A stretch of 64,000 nucleotides of DNA from Octopus bimaculoides (lineage: Eukaryota). The notes beneath the pieces were generated by a model that was given only the letters and a program-made list of their open reading frames with translations, ran no database searches and was not told where the DNA came from. Position numbers and translations under genes: made by a program. The stretch is from the NCBI RefSeq assembly GCF_001194135.2, contig NC_068984.1, positions 12,238,213 to 12,302,212 on the forward strand, in the 5' to 3' direction. Positions 35,076 to 46,900 of the stretch are shown one piece after another; the stretch's first letter is position 1, and the number at the start of each line of letters is the position of its first letter.

Positions 35076-37547
35076 ACCCCTGCAACTAGTTGCATCTGTG
35101 AAGGGAGCTTGATGGTGTTACATACAACAATTGAATAAGTAAGACCTCATTTAAGAGATTTCTAAAGGAATAGTTACAAGTTTTCACTGCATATGTCAAA
35201 TATATGAATTCAGTTCATAATTACTGAGAATAAATTAAATAGAAGAAATGAGATTGTCTTGTTAAAAAGCTGACTGACATTAGTTTCGAGTAGCATCTTA
35301 CGTCATTCTAAACAGAATAAGGAGAAAAGGGGCAAACATCTATCATAGCATTAAGTGACAGTAGTTCCATGTAGTGCCATAGGTTGTTCTGTAAGGAAAA
35401 GTAGAAGACAGTGTGAGACCATTTTATAGTGCACAGCATCAAGGCTACGTGTTGACTTCTGGTTGGCTTTTTATAACCCCAACGAAGTTTTTCTAGAAAA
35501 TTTGACCAGACTATTTGGCGGGAAGATTCTAGCTCATTTGGTCATACGTCAACTGCTCTTAGTCAAGCCATGTTCATGTAGACGTTAATGCTTTTTTTGA
35601 CAACACAATTTTCGTAACTAGCCTCGTCTTTCATGGCAGTAAGGAAGTATATGGTCTTGAAGTACAATGTTTCAAAACTCAGCAGGAACTTCTCTACAAT
35701 ACAATACATATGAATATCGAAAGATCCTCCCATGAGAATATGCTAATCATGTATCTTTCAACAGCAGGAAAACACAACAGTTAAGTCCTGGCAGATTTCA
35801 CGTCAAATAAAGGGCCATAGCATGCTGAAGCTTAGTTTTTATAACGATGAAAAATTGTTGCCTACGCATCGAAACAAATTTCTTAACCTCTCACTAAACT
35901 AAGCACACACTAAAATCTGATCAAATGACACTCCTGAATTTTGATACTTCACAAAAAAAAAAATCAAAATATAAAGAAAGTTGAATTTGAATTAAACTAT
36001 CAGTCCCCTGAGACTCTTCATAATAAAGGTATTATATATATTAAAAAAAAAAAAAAACTGCTGGCAGACTGCGAAACTTATTCGTGTGAAGGTATCAAAC
36101 TACTGTATAAACTGTAATAGTGTATTTAACAAGAACGTCAACCAAGATCTATAAGAAGTGAAAAATAATGAAAACACTCATTTGTAAAAGTGACTAGAGC
36201 GATCTGTTTGTCCTCATGGGCAAAGAAATAGTCTCGCATGAAGATTGTAATAGCATGAAACTCGAGTCATGAAACAAACCCTCAGTTTCAGTAACAATAA
36301 TAAAATAATGCACTATTCAAGTATTTTGAAGAGTTTAGCCCAATATGCAGCTACATTATATATATATATGGGGATCTACTCAAATCCCTGGAAACTGGCG
36401 ACAGTATGTCCCATTTCCAATAAGGGAATCCGTTCTGTTGAAACAGCCATCTTATCCCCCAATATTAACATCTGAAAAAATAATGGAAATGGCTTTAAAT
36501 AACTACCTGCTTCGTCACTCTCGGATATCTTCTTTTGTCAGAAATAATAGGTTGATTTCCATTGAGTCAGAGCAACCGGGGACCTTCTTGGGGTATCAGG
36601 CTTCCTTGTAAACTAGGTAATCGAAATGGCTGGGGTTTCGCTGGTTCTATTCCAACAACTCCTCGCGGCAAAAGTATGTCATCATCAACCCAGCTAAAAT
36701 GGCTAAGAGACTGACTGATGCCATTCTCCTTGGTAACGTCCTACTCGTTCTCCACCGAACCAAAGTCCATAACTAACCTTCAAACCTTTAAGTAGTTTAC
36801 AAATGTGGAAGTTGTTTGATGGGTGTTGGATATTTGGTTAGGCTGCACGTTCTTGCCATATAAAAATCAAGTCACCATATAAAGTTTTCAACAAATCGCA
36901 TTTATTTACATAAAGACATTACGTAGATTATTTGTTGAGAGAGATAAGAAAATAAGTCTTCATATTTGATAAAAGGTTCTTTAAGCATGGCTGTCAATAA
37001 CCAAAAGCATCTCTAACAAACTCTGCTAAGCTTCTCTCTTCGATTTTGTCTTTCCCGCACATGTCAATTTATGACCATATTTTGACGAGAAATGGCGGGA
37101 AAATTTCCATTCAAATCACGTAATCACACGAATGCATGTCATATGATTGGTCGAAACGCAGAGCTAAAATCACATGACTTTATCGGTTCTGAGACATCAG
37201 AGTTTTGAATTCTAAGTGTCGCTGCACAAACAAATATGTTCCCTGCTGTTATTGCACCATCTATTGGCATTCTTTTACCTGTCGGTACAACTCTTGCAAG
37301 ATATTCATCAGAGAAGCCTTTGTGTATCGCACATCCTGCAAGCTTGCCCACTTACCAAAAATACAGCATAGATTTTTGGTCCCTTGTAAAATCTATTGAT
37401 TTTAAGAATTCCATCACTTTTCTTAGGCCTCGGTTAAGACAAGAGGCCCAAAGCACTTATGAGATTTTAGTAATTCAAAATATAAACAGTAATAAACCAT
37501 AAAATAATTTTCCATTTTTCAAAATGAAACAAAAGTAACTGAGATAC

Positions 37548-37770
37548 TTTTATTCTTTTACTTGTTTCAGTCATTTTGACTGCGGCCATGCTGGAGCACT
37601 GCCTTTAGTCGAGCAAATCAACCCCAGGACTTATTCTTTGTAAGCCTAGTACTTATTCTATCGGTCTCTTTTGTCGAACAGCTAAGTTATGGAGACGTAA
37701 ACACACCAGCATCGGTTGTCAAGCGATGTTGGGGGGGACAAATACAGATGCACAAACACACACACACACG
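37548..37770 (-). mobile_element. SINE family A, 3' half
   Basis: Reverse complement of the A tail. Confidence 0.85.
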
Positions 37771-38125
37771 TCGGGCTGCACAAGTCGCAAAGCCCCAGGT
37801 TTAGATGGTCTGCCCTATGTATTCATGCCAGATTTGCTTGACGACCTCTTGGCAGACGTTTACCACAACTGGCAACAGAACGGGAGAATTCCCAGTGCTG
37901 TTAGTCGGGGTGTGGTGACACTGCTGAAGAAGGACGCCGACAGTGGGGGACATACTAGGGAATTTTCAGCCCATAACTGCTAAATACAGAGTCTAAGATT
38001 TTTACCAAGGTGTTAGCAAAAAAGTTGGCGCTTGTCGTTGGTAGTCTAGTAAGGGAAGCACAAACGAGAGCAACCCTGAACAAGTCTATCCACAACAATC
38101 TCCACCTTATGCGATACATCATACA
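37771..38125 (+). mobile_element. L1/Tx1-like reverse transcriptase fragment
   Basis: KAPGLDGLPY..RGVVTLLKKD..(fs)PITLLNTESKIL..VLAKKLALVV..SIHNNLHLMRYII. Confidence 0.8.
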
Positions 38126-38187
38126 CTTTATGTATTTGTATTGTCCCCCTCACCCTTCGCCCTGGTGGCAAATAAAAGAAATCTTCA

Positions 38188-38231
<44 letters not shown>

Positions 38232-38232
38232 A

Positions 38233-39074
38233 TAAACTCAGGGTAAAAGGCAGACTGTATGACGCATGTGTACGAACAGCCATGCTACATGGCAGNNNNN
38301 NNNNNNNNNNNNNNNNNNNNNNNNNNNNNNNNNNNNNNNNNNNNNNNNNNNNNNNNNNNNNNNNNNNNNNNNNNNNNNNNNNNNNNNNNNNNNNNNNNNN
38401 NNNNNNNNNNNNNNNNNNNNNNNNNNNNNNNNNNNNNNNNNNNNNNNNNNNNNNNNNNNNNNNNNNNNNNNNNNNNNNNNNNNNNNNNNNNNNNNNNNNN
38501 NNNNNNNNNNNNNNNNNNNNNNNNNNNNNNNNNNNNNNNNNNNNNNNNNNNNNNNNNNNNNNNNNNNNNNNNNNNNNNNNNNNNNNNNNNNNNNNNNNNN
38601 NNNNNNNNNNNNNNNNNNNNNNNNNNNNNNNNNNNNNNNNNNNNNNNNNNNNNNNNNNNNNNNNNNNNNNNNNNNNNNNNNNNNNNNNNNNNNNNNNNNN
38701 NNNNNNNNNNNNNNNNNNNNNNNNNNNNNNNNNNNNNNNNNNNNNNNNNNNNNNNNNNNNNNNNNNNNNNNNNNNNNNNNNNNNNNNNNNNNNNNNNNNN
38801 NNNNNNNNNNNNNNNNNNNNNNNNNNNNNNNNNNNNNNNGTGGCACATAAAAGACACCATTTCGAGCGTGGCCGTTTTCGTGCGGGTGACACGTAAAAGC
38901 ACCCACTACACTCTCTGAGTGGTTGGCGTTAGGAAGGGCATCCAGCTGTAGAATCTCTGCCAAATTAGACTGGAGCCTGGTGTTGCCATCCGGTTTCACC
39001 AGTCCTCAGTCAAATCGTCCAACCCATGCTAGCATGGAAAGCGGACGTTAAACGATGTTGATGATGATGATGAT
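38233..39074 (+). mobile_element. 5'-truncated RTE LINE (KLRVKGRLYDACVRTAMLHG, gap, 3'UTR, (GAT)n)
   Basis: Same protein motif as at 56050; same UTR as at 14608. Confidence 0.8.
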
Positions 39075-39735
39075 TTATTGTCTTTGCACAGCTTCTAATG
39101 CTGGAGATGTACTACGGTGTCAGCTGTTCATTACTAATGAACTAAGGTAACACCTCATATTTTTCGTACTCCTTCCAGAGTATTTGAGCGGCTCCAAGCA
39201 GTTCTGTTTTCTGCAAGTGCTCCACCTGTTCGTTCCATGTACTTCTCAAGATTTTTGCTCACTATTCCCAGGGCTCCGACAATTATTGGTACTGCTACCA
39301 CCTTTTTCATTGACCACAGCTGCTTAACCTCCCAAGCTAACCTGTCATACCTGTCGACTTTTCTTTCTTCCTTATCGCATACCTGGGCATGCTACATCTA
39401 AGATCCAGCATAGTTGTTTGTCCAATGGACAAGCCTTGCTATATTGTCGTGGCGTCTCTTATATTCCTTCTGGGCTAGTGGCGTACATTGGCTGGTAATA
39501 TGCCATATGGTTTCACCATTTTGTCCACAGATTCTGTACTTATCACTTTCTGTTGTGTTGTCTATTCTGTATTTTATGTAGTTTATTCTTAGTGCTTGCT
39601 CTTGGGCAGCACAGATTAGAGCCTCTGTTTCCGGTTTTAAATCACTTTTAGTCATCCACAGCCATCTCTTTTCTCTGTCTGTATTATCTTCAACATACCT
39701 ATGAAATTGTCCATGCATTCTTTTCTTTACCCACC
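39075..39735 (-). mobile_element. R4/Dong-like (RLE) LINE 3' fragment
   Basis: MHGQF..WLWMTKSDLKPETEALICAAQEQALR..RICGQNGETIWHITSQC..YKRRHDNIARLVHW, then DVACP..EKVDRYDRLAWEVKQLW..VPIIVGALG..; adjacent (TAA)n. Confidence 0.8.
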
Positions 39736-39771
39736 TATTATTATTATTATTATTATTGAGAGAGAGAGAGA

Positions 39772-41222
39772 GCAGTGCATGCCATCAAAGTGACACGGGT
39801 ACAATTATACAAAGCCCAATATACCCATCATGACTACCCGTCTGATAAGGGTACACCAGGCACATGCATCCCAACCATATGTGCATGACATGGTGATCTT
39901 ATATCAAAATGAACAGTGCACGACCTTGCAGGTAGGGCCCAGTTAAAATTTTCTTCGGGTTGAGTAGCCCATCCCATTCAAAAGGTCCCTGAATAAAGTT
40001 TGCTTAAGGATGATGAACAAAACACCCATGTTTCCAGAGGTGAATTTTTCAGGATCCGGACAAAAGCCTCCTAGGACAAAAGTCCCCTATGACAAAAGCC
40101 CCACCGATAAAAGTCCCTTGGACGAAAGCCCCATAGTCAAAGTAAGTGGACAAAGGCGCCCTAAAATTATATTTTTCGGTTATTTTTTCGTTTTTTTCCC
40201 CTTCTTTTTACTTGTTGCAGTCATTAGACTGTGGCCATGCTGGGGCAGCACCTTGAGGAATTTTTAGTCAAATGTATCGACCCCAGGATTTTTTTTTATG
40301 ATTTTCAACCAGTACATGAAGTTAAGCCTAGAAGGTCTTTCCACATGCTAGAAATAACAACAAAATCTTAAAAATTTGTTTTTATAATTTCACGTGAACA
40401 AAAAACGGACATCGCGGTTGTAAAAAGAAACTTTTATTTTCCAAAATTCCAATTTTCAAGTAAGCAAAATATATTTAGTCGAAAATAAATAAGTAGAATA
40501 GGATAACAGAACACAAGACTCTTTACTACTCAATGTACATGTTATCTGAATTTAAAAACGATAAGAAGTTCGTTTCAATGACTAGCCTTCGGCGCTATAA
40601 TTCTGTTAGACATTCAACGGCCGGAGAAAGTTCAAAAGGTCAGCTCATTCTCGTTAACCTGCAAGTGCTGAGAGAAGAAAACAAAAGGCATTAACTCAAA
40701 ATTTTAAAATGCTGATTTTTCTGCGACTAAAAATTCTTCAAAGCCGCAGTCTAATAACTGCAACAAGTAAAAAAAAAAAAAAAATTCTGGCGTCAGTACG
40801 TTCAACTAAAAATTCTTCAAGGCGATGCCCCAGCATGGCCACAGTCTAATGACAGAAACAAGAAGTAAAAGGTGAAATAAATAAATAAATAACCGAAAAA
40901 TATAACCGTGGGGCTTTTGTTCGAGGGACTTTTGTCTGTGGGGCTTTTGTCCTACAGTCGAATTATTCAAACCGCAAAGAATTCCTCTCAACACATGGCT
41001 ATGATATTCCTCCACTACTTCTGCTCGTGATCAGAGATGCACATATCGTCAGCCACCAAGGGACATGCTCAACTGGTTATGGTCAAACAACTGACAAGCA
41101 AATCTGAGGTATTGAGCAGAATATTTACTGTAGCCCATCTTTTATATTAAGACAAAACAATGTACATAACATAATCAGTTAAGATCAGAAGCCATGAGAC
41201 CCACTGTCTGGTATTGCATCGT
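39772..41222. mobile_element. Unclassified ~530-bp dispersed repeat between (TTA)n tracts, split by the 40052-40960 insertion
   Basis: Halves rejoin as ccagaggtg-aattattca-aacc; (TTA)n at 39737-39758 and 41222-41240. Confidence 0.55.
40052..40960. mobile_element. Mutator(Phantom)-like non-autonomous foldback element with 9-bp TSD
   Basis: TSD aatttttca (40043-51) / aattattca (40961-69); ~150-220-bp inverted arms built from GACAAAAG(C/T)CCC sub-repeats plus SINE A tail. Confidence 0.7.
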
Positions 41223-41925
41223 TATTATTATTATTATTATCTAATTTGGAAGATTAAGCGAAATCAAAGAAATAGAAAGTTGAAGAAAAGTTTTAAATGT
41301 TTTTATAAAACGATATATGTATTCATTTCATATAACTGCATCCAAGTAAGGAACTTTTAGCTTTAGTTCAAAGAAACAGGAGACAGATAGATAAATAAAT
41401 AGATAGATAGACAGCGAGCGAGAGAGAGAGAAAAAGAGAGAGACTAATCACTGTAGCGTATAACCGGCACTTATTTCACCTACAGCGGAGGGGGTCAAAG
41501 ACAAATCGACCCCAGTGAAATTTGTATGCAGAGCCTTAGAGGGATATAACCAAAGGGAGCAAGATGTGTTGTCTCGCATTCTACTGATTCTACCAAACAT
41601 AACCTTCTCGTCATAAATTACTAAAAGTTATTGGAATAAATCGAAGTTTCTGCGCAGTAATCTATAATAAACTAAAGAAAATAGATCCACGAACAAAGAA
41701 GCAAGAACTCAAGAATATTTTATTTGAAAATTAATATAATAGTGAAAGATAGCTTTTAAAGTAAATCTTATTTAAAATAATGCGATAAATGAAATATCTT
41801 TAGCTTCTTTCTTTTGCGATGTGTACTTGTTGCGAACTAATTATATACGAAACTGTGTCCATGTTTCATAACAGTTCATTCGCTTGTTGTCTGCTACACA
41901 CGACTGAGTTTACTTGCACCAAGCC

Positions 41926-42183
41926 ATGTCCTTAATTGCTTGCAGTGGTGTTCGACCTCTTACGTATCGAATAGGTACGCAATTCTTACAGAAAAGCAGT
42001 AATCAGAGGATCTTTCAAATTCCTAATTTACAGCGACTCCTTTCAGCCACATCGTCTTCAGCTTCGTCGTCAACACTCCTAAAGCAGAATTACGAAAACT
42101 CCCACGTCTCTCCGACCTCAGGAGAACAAGCACCTTCTCCGGAACCCTTCGTGAAAAACCTTTTCCTTGGGAAATTCGACAAA
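41926..42183 (+). CDS. ACAD9: ACAD9 exon 1 (mitochondrial transit peptide, [17 protein letters not shown]...LFLGKFDK)
   Basis: gccATGt start; Arg/Ser-rich N-terminus with no acidic residues in the first ~55 aa; donor |gttagt, phase 0. Confidence 0.85.
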
Positions 42184-43905
42184 GTTAGTAATACACCTTT
42201 TCTTGTTAACTTATTTATTTATCTGTAGTTTCTTTCCAACAGCTCTGAAATTAGAAATGAAAAGATCTTCTCTCGGAGCCGTGCTTACGCTTCTTAAAAC
42301 ACTTAAGGTCAATTTTTACCGGTAATTCGCGTCACTATATTAATTTAATTTATTGAACTCACTAGAATAATTAGAAGTGGAGCAGTTTCTAGTGAGATGC
42401 GAAAATCATGCAAGATATTTAAATAGTTTGTTTGGTGGCCAGTAAAATGTTTTTTGTTTTGGCGCTGTTTTATTTAAAGTCGTCAGAGTGTGTGTGAACA
42501 TGTGTGATCGACTTTCTGTTTCAGTCCGCTACAGGTTCTTTAAACCCAAATGTTCTACTGAAACCAGGAGTCTAACCAGATGTACTAAACTTCTTAACAT
42601 AGCTGTGTTTAAATTTTTCTTTAGTAAAATCAAAACAGATTATTCAAGATAAAATGGTGAATTTTCATTTTAGTCAGAAACTGATTAGCATTAAGGAATT
42701 TACCGTTTCTTTCTAGACAATGGTGTTTAGGTAAATGTCCATTCTAAGCGAGGGAACCAGGTAAGCATGGGCTCCAACTTGTGGAAGTTATGGATCAGCC
42801 AGTTACCTATTTGACTCTGTCGTAGTTGGATGTGTAATCGTCGAAATAATGTTTACAAACACAGCAGCTTAAACTAAGGTTAGGGGATTCACAGTTCCTT
42901 TATAGACAGCTGTGCTTAAGGGGCGACGTAAACGCATTTTAGAAACTATTTTCATTTTGAGTATCTCCAAATAGCACCAAGACACTTTTGAAATTGTTGC
43001 GATGACATGTCATAACAATATACAAATACTTTGCCTGACAATAACAAAGCTGGCTTGAATGGGCTGAAACTCCGAAAAAAGAAAAAAAATCTGAAGCTGT
43101 TTGAGATATCTTTAGGGTCGAAATACGCCCCTTTTACTTCTAAAAGGTAAAACGTAAAAGATAAACTAATATTGAAAATCGTGAATCCACCTCGCCAAAT
43201 TTCCTGAAAAAAAAAAAGTGTTAATAATAAAGAAATAATAATAAACCAACGAAATCTTCCTTCGACCGCTGAATAAACTAATTTCTTGGTACCAAAATTT
43301 ATCCAACTGTTTTCGTTTTTAGCGTAGAACCATGAAACGCAGTTAAGGATTATTAAACGGCTGGATTCTACACTGTTTCTCTCTACCAAATTTCATTCAC
43401 AAAATAGTGTCGATCTTCTTATGTACAGCACTCAAAATACGGACTGTCTATCTATCTGTCTTTCTATCTATCTGTCTGTCTTTCTATCTGTCTATCTGTC
43501 TGTCTGTCTTTCTGTCTGTCTACCTGTCTTTCTTTCTGTCTGTCTATCTATCTATCTGTCTATATGTTTGTCTGTCTATCTATGTCTCTCTGTCTATATG
43601 TTTGTCTGTCTATCTATGTCTGTCTGTCCATCTATTTGTCTATATGTCTGTCTGTCTGACTGAACACTATTCAATTTTTTTTCTCCGTGTTTTTCTCCTT
43701 GTCTCCGTATTCTTTCTGTTGAAGAGCGTAGCTCGAAACGTCAAAGACTTTCCGTATTCCCGAGCGTCATACTAATATATACTTTTGTTATTTACACCAC
43801 CTGTCCTCGTCTGTTGTTATTATTTGTATATTCTCCCATATATATCTATTTGTCTATCCGTCTGTCTGCTTCTCTATCTGCCTGTCTGTCTGTTGGTTTC
43901 TCGCT

Positions 43906-43936
<31 letters not shown>

Positions 43937-46900
43937 NNNNNNNNNNNNNNNNNNNNNNNNNNNNNNNNNNNNNNNNNNNNNNNNNNNNNNNNNNNNNNNN
44001 NNNNNNNNNNNNNNNNNNNNNNNNNNNNNNNNNNNNNNNNNNNNNNNNNNNNNNNNNNNNNNNNNNNNNNNNNNNNNNNNNNNNNNNNNNNNNNNNNNNN
44101 NNNNNNNNNNNNNNNNNNNNNNNNNNNNNNNNNNNNNNNNNNNNNNNNNNNNNNNNNNNNNNNNNNNNNNNNNNNNNNNNNNNNNNNNNNNNNNNNNNNN
44201 NNNNNNNNNNNNNNNNNNNNNNNATATATATATTCCTATAATTCATCTTGGATATGGGAATGGAATTATAAATAAGTAGATTGAGCTGATTTTTACTTTT
44301 CTATATTTCCAAAATCAATAAAAACTATCAAACGCTTGCAGTTCAATTTAATTTTATCAAACTGTTCTCTTTCTCTTTTCCGATTCTTAATAAAAACCGA
44401 ACAATACTATTAATACTGAACAAAGACGAATGTTCTAATATTAAGTTATAAAATACAATATAATTCCCAAAATGACTAAATGACTTCATAGTATTTCAAA
44501 GTCGCAGTTGCATAAAGACATCAACTTTCGACATGATATTTTCTTCGTAGTCTCTCGGAATTCCAATAATCAGGATAGTAGTAAATTCTTGGTAGATAGT
44601 TTTTAGTTAATGTTATTACGCTTGGGCCCTTCTTACAAAACCCCATTTACTCTACGACCGACCTGTGTCCTTGTTGCGTCGACCTCGGTCGTTGCTGATT
44701 GATCAAACCTGTGATCGATGGCTTTCAGGTCGTTACTCTCTTTTCTTTTTTTTTTCTAACTAGTTTGCGTCCAGAATCACAAAGTTTAATGTTTTGTCCT
44801 TAAGATATAAGGATATAATTTCTAGGTGAAGCGACTATGTAAAGAACCCCACGTTGACTTGATAAGTTCTCAGCTGTTATAAACAGGGTTGTCTTAACAC
44901 CATTATAGGTCCCGGGGTAATGCAATGCAATAGGGTCTACAGTATTTATTTATTAATATGAAAATTACAACTTTCGGCTACATACGTGGGGCCTCTGAAT
45001 ACAAGCCTGCTGGTTCTGTGCCTTGTGTTGTTTTCTACGTAATTATTTTTAATGTGATCCATGTAGACTTACTGTGTCATTAACAATATTTTTGATCTGG
45101 ATCTGCAAAATGTAGAATACAATTCTGTTTTATGTAAATTCAAATTGTTGAAAATATTTGCACTTCATTTTCTATCGTTCCCTATTTAATTTGTTTTTGT
45201 TTTTATTTTTATTGCCCCTGTCTATTTAACCATAGTTGTAAACTGTGTATATTTACAAAACAACTCATCTCAAATGAACCTCGGTCAGAAAGTAGAACTT
45301 ATGTAGTCAACGACCTTATTGCAAAACTCTGCTAATCTTAGCTCAAAGCTAAACCAAAATATGTAGGACTCTTCGAATCGGAAACACTTTACAAAACTAA
45401 TCTCAACTAAAAGGTCGGTCAAAAACTAGGACTGTTGTATATAGAGTTACATAAAACATTATCATTTAAGAACCACGGTAAACATGACGCAAACCAAAAA
45501 CTTTGACTTAATCGCATGCTTAACAACATAGGCATGGGCTCTCGGTCCACGAAAAATACAAGAATAGCAGCCAAATCTCTTGCAGATGGCACTCTTCATA
45601 AAGGAAGGACACGTTGATAATTTGAGGATTTCAAAAATTGATAACGATGCTAGCAGCCAAATCAACTTCGTTCTCTATCTCTAATGGCGCAATATAGTTA
45701 AAAACTCTATTTACCTTGGTTTACTACTAAGAACGACTCTCTCTCACCTCGGCAACCACTAATTAGAACGGTAACTGACTAGTAAAGAAAAACTGTGTTC
45801 TGTAAAAAGAAAAAGAAAAAAAAATCCTGGATGCAAATGGAATTATGATAAAAGAAATATAGCAGCGAAATTCTTTTGTAATTATTTATTTGGGAATTTA
45901 TCGCAAACTTTTTCTCATCGCTTTAATATTAAGTAAGCTCGCATTTAGGGTAATTTTATTGACTTACAAGAGCAGGTGGGCAATAGTTTAGTTACATTAA
46001 TTCAGAGGACCACAGGACAAGTTTTATTTCAGTAAAAGTTATTGATAATAAATTTTGGCTTTATTACTGAACGGTTATTTCAATTAGTTCCTTTAAAAGA
46101 ATAATAAATGTAGAAAAGATATGATTTATGTAAAAAAATGTTACGAGAATGTACTAAAATACAAATGTCAAATCAATTTGTATACACAATATATGTAAAC
46201 AGTTATTTGATATAATAGTTGTCACTGTTTGTTTTGGATGAAATATTTAAAGAATTTTTACGTCACTTTTTTATGTCAAATTTTATTTTATTTTTTTTTA
46301 CTAATTGCCATACAATAATTCTTTGCTATAAAGGAACTTCGCTACAGTTATGTAGCTTGCTAGAAATAATAATATTCCTCAAATCGTAATGTATTTCTTT
46401 TTAAAAGGACACGTTAATAATAAAGTTCTATACAAAAAAAAAGATGGGATGGTTACGGTTGGCACGCCTTCGATCATAGATTTTTAAAAATCAGGGCTGA
46501 TTTGCGAACGTAAAATAACTTTTAAAGAAATCCATTCAGTTATTGTTTCAAGCAGAAATCTTTCAGTTTATAGACGTTAATCGAGATTGATTATGTTGGT
46601 CAATGAAACAATTTCAATTAAGAATTAGAATTTGGTTGCAAATGATTTTTGTTGTTTGCTTTTATTATTTGTCTGAATAGTAGGGGTAGTGCCCTCCAAA
46701 ATAATTGTTATTAATGTGTAGTTTGAACTTGTGTAGGTTGTCATATGCAATAAAAATGTGAACCTGGAGAGAATTCAAAAGAATTAAAACTTAGATTTTT
46801 TTGTATTGATTCGCTCATGCCCTTTATAAGACAATATGTAAGAGAGAGAGAGGGCGGGGGCAGGACTAGGCAAATGGAATAGGCCTATAGAAGATTTTGT

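Noticed and set aside
35270-35330. Second hammerhead/Penelope-like trace on the minus strand (..tgctactcgaaactaatgtcag)
   Set aside because: Core too degenerate and stems absent.
42952-43389. 145-aa hydrophobic antisense ORF in ACAD9 intron 1
   Set aside because: Non-ATG start, Phe/Leu runs from poly-T tracts, no recognisable motif; partly overlaps a possible weak TIR element (aggggcg...cgcccct, 42919-43133) that I could not confirm.
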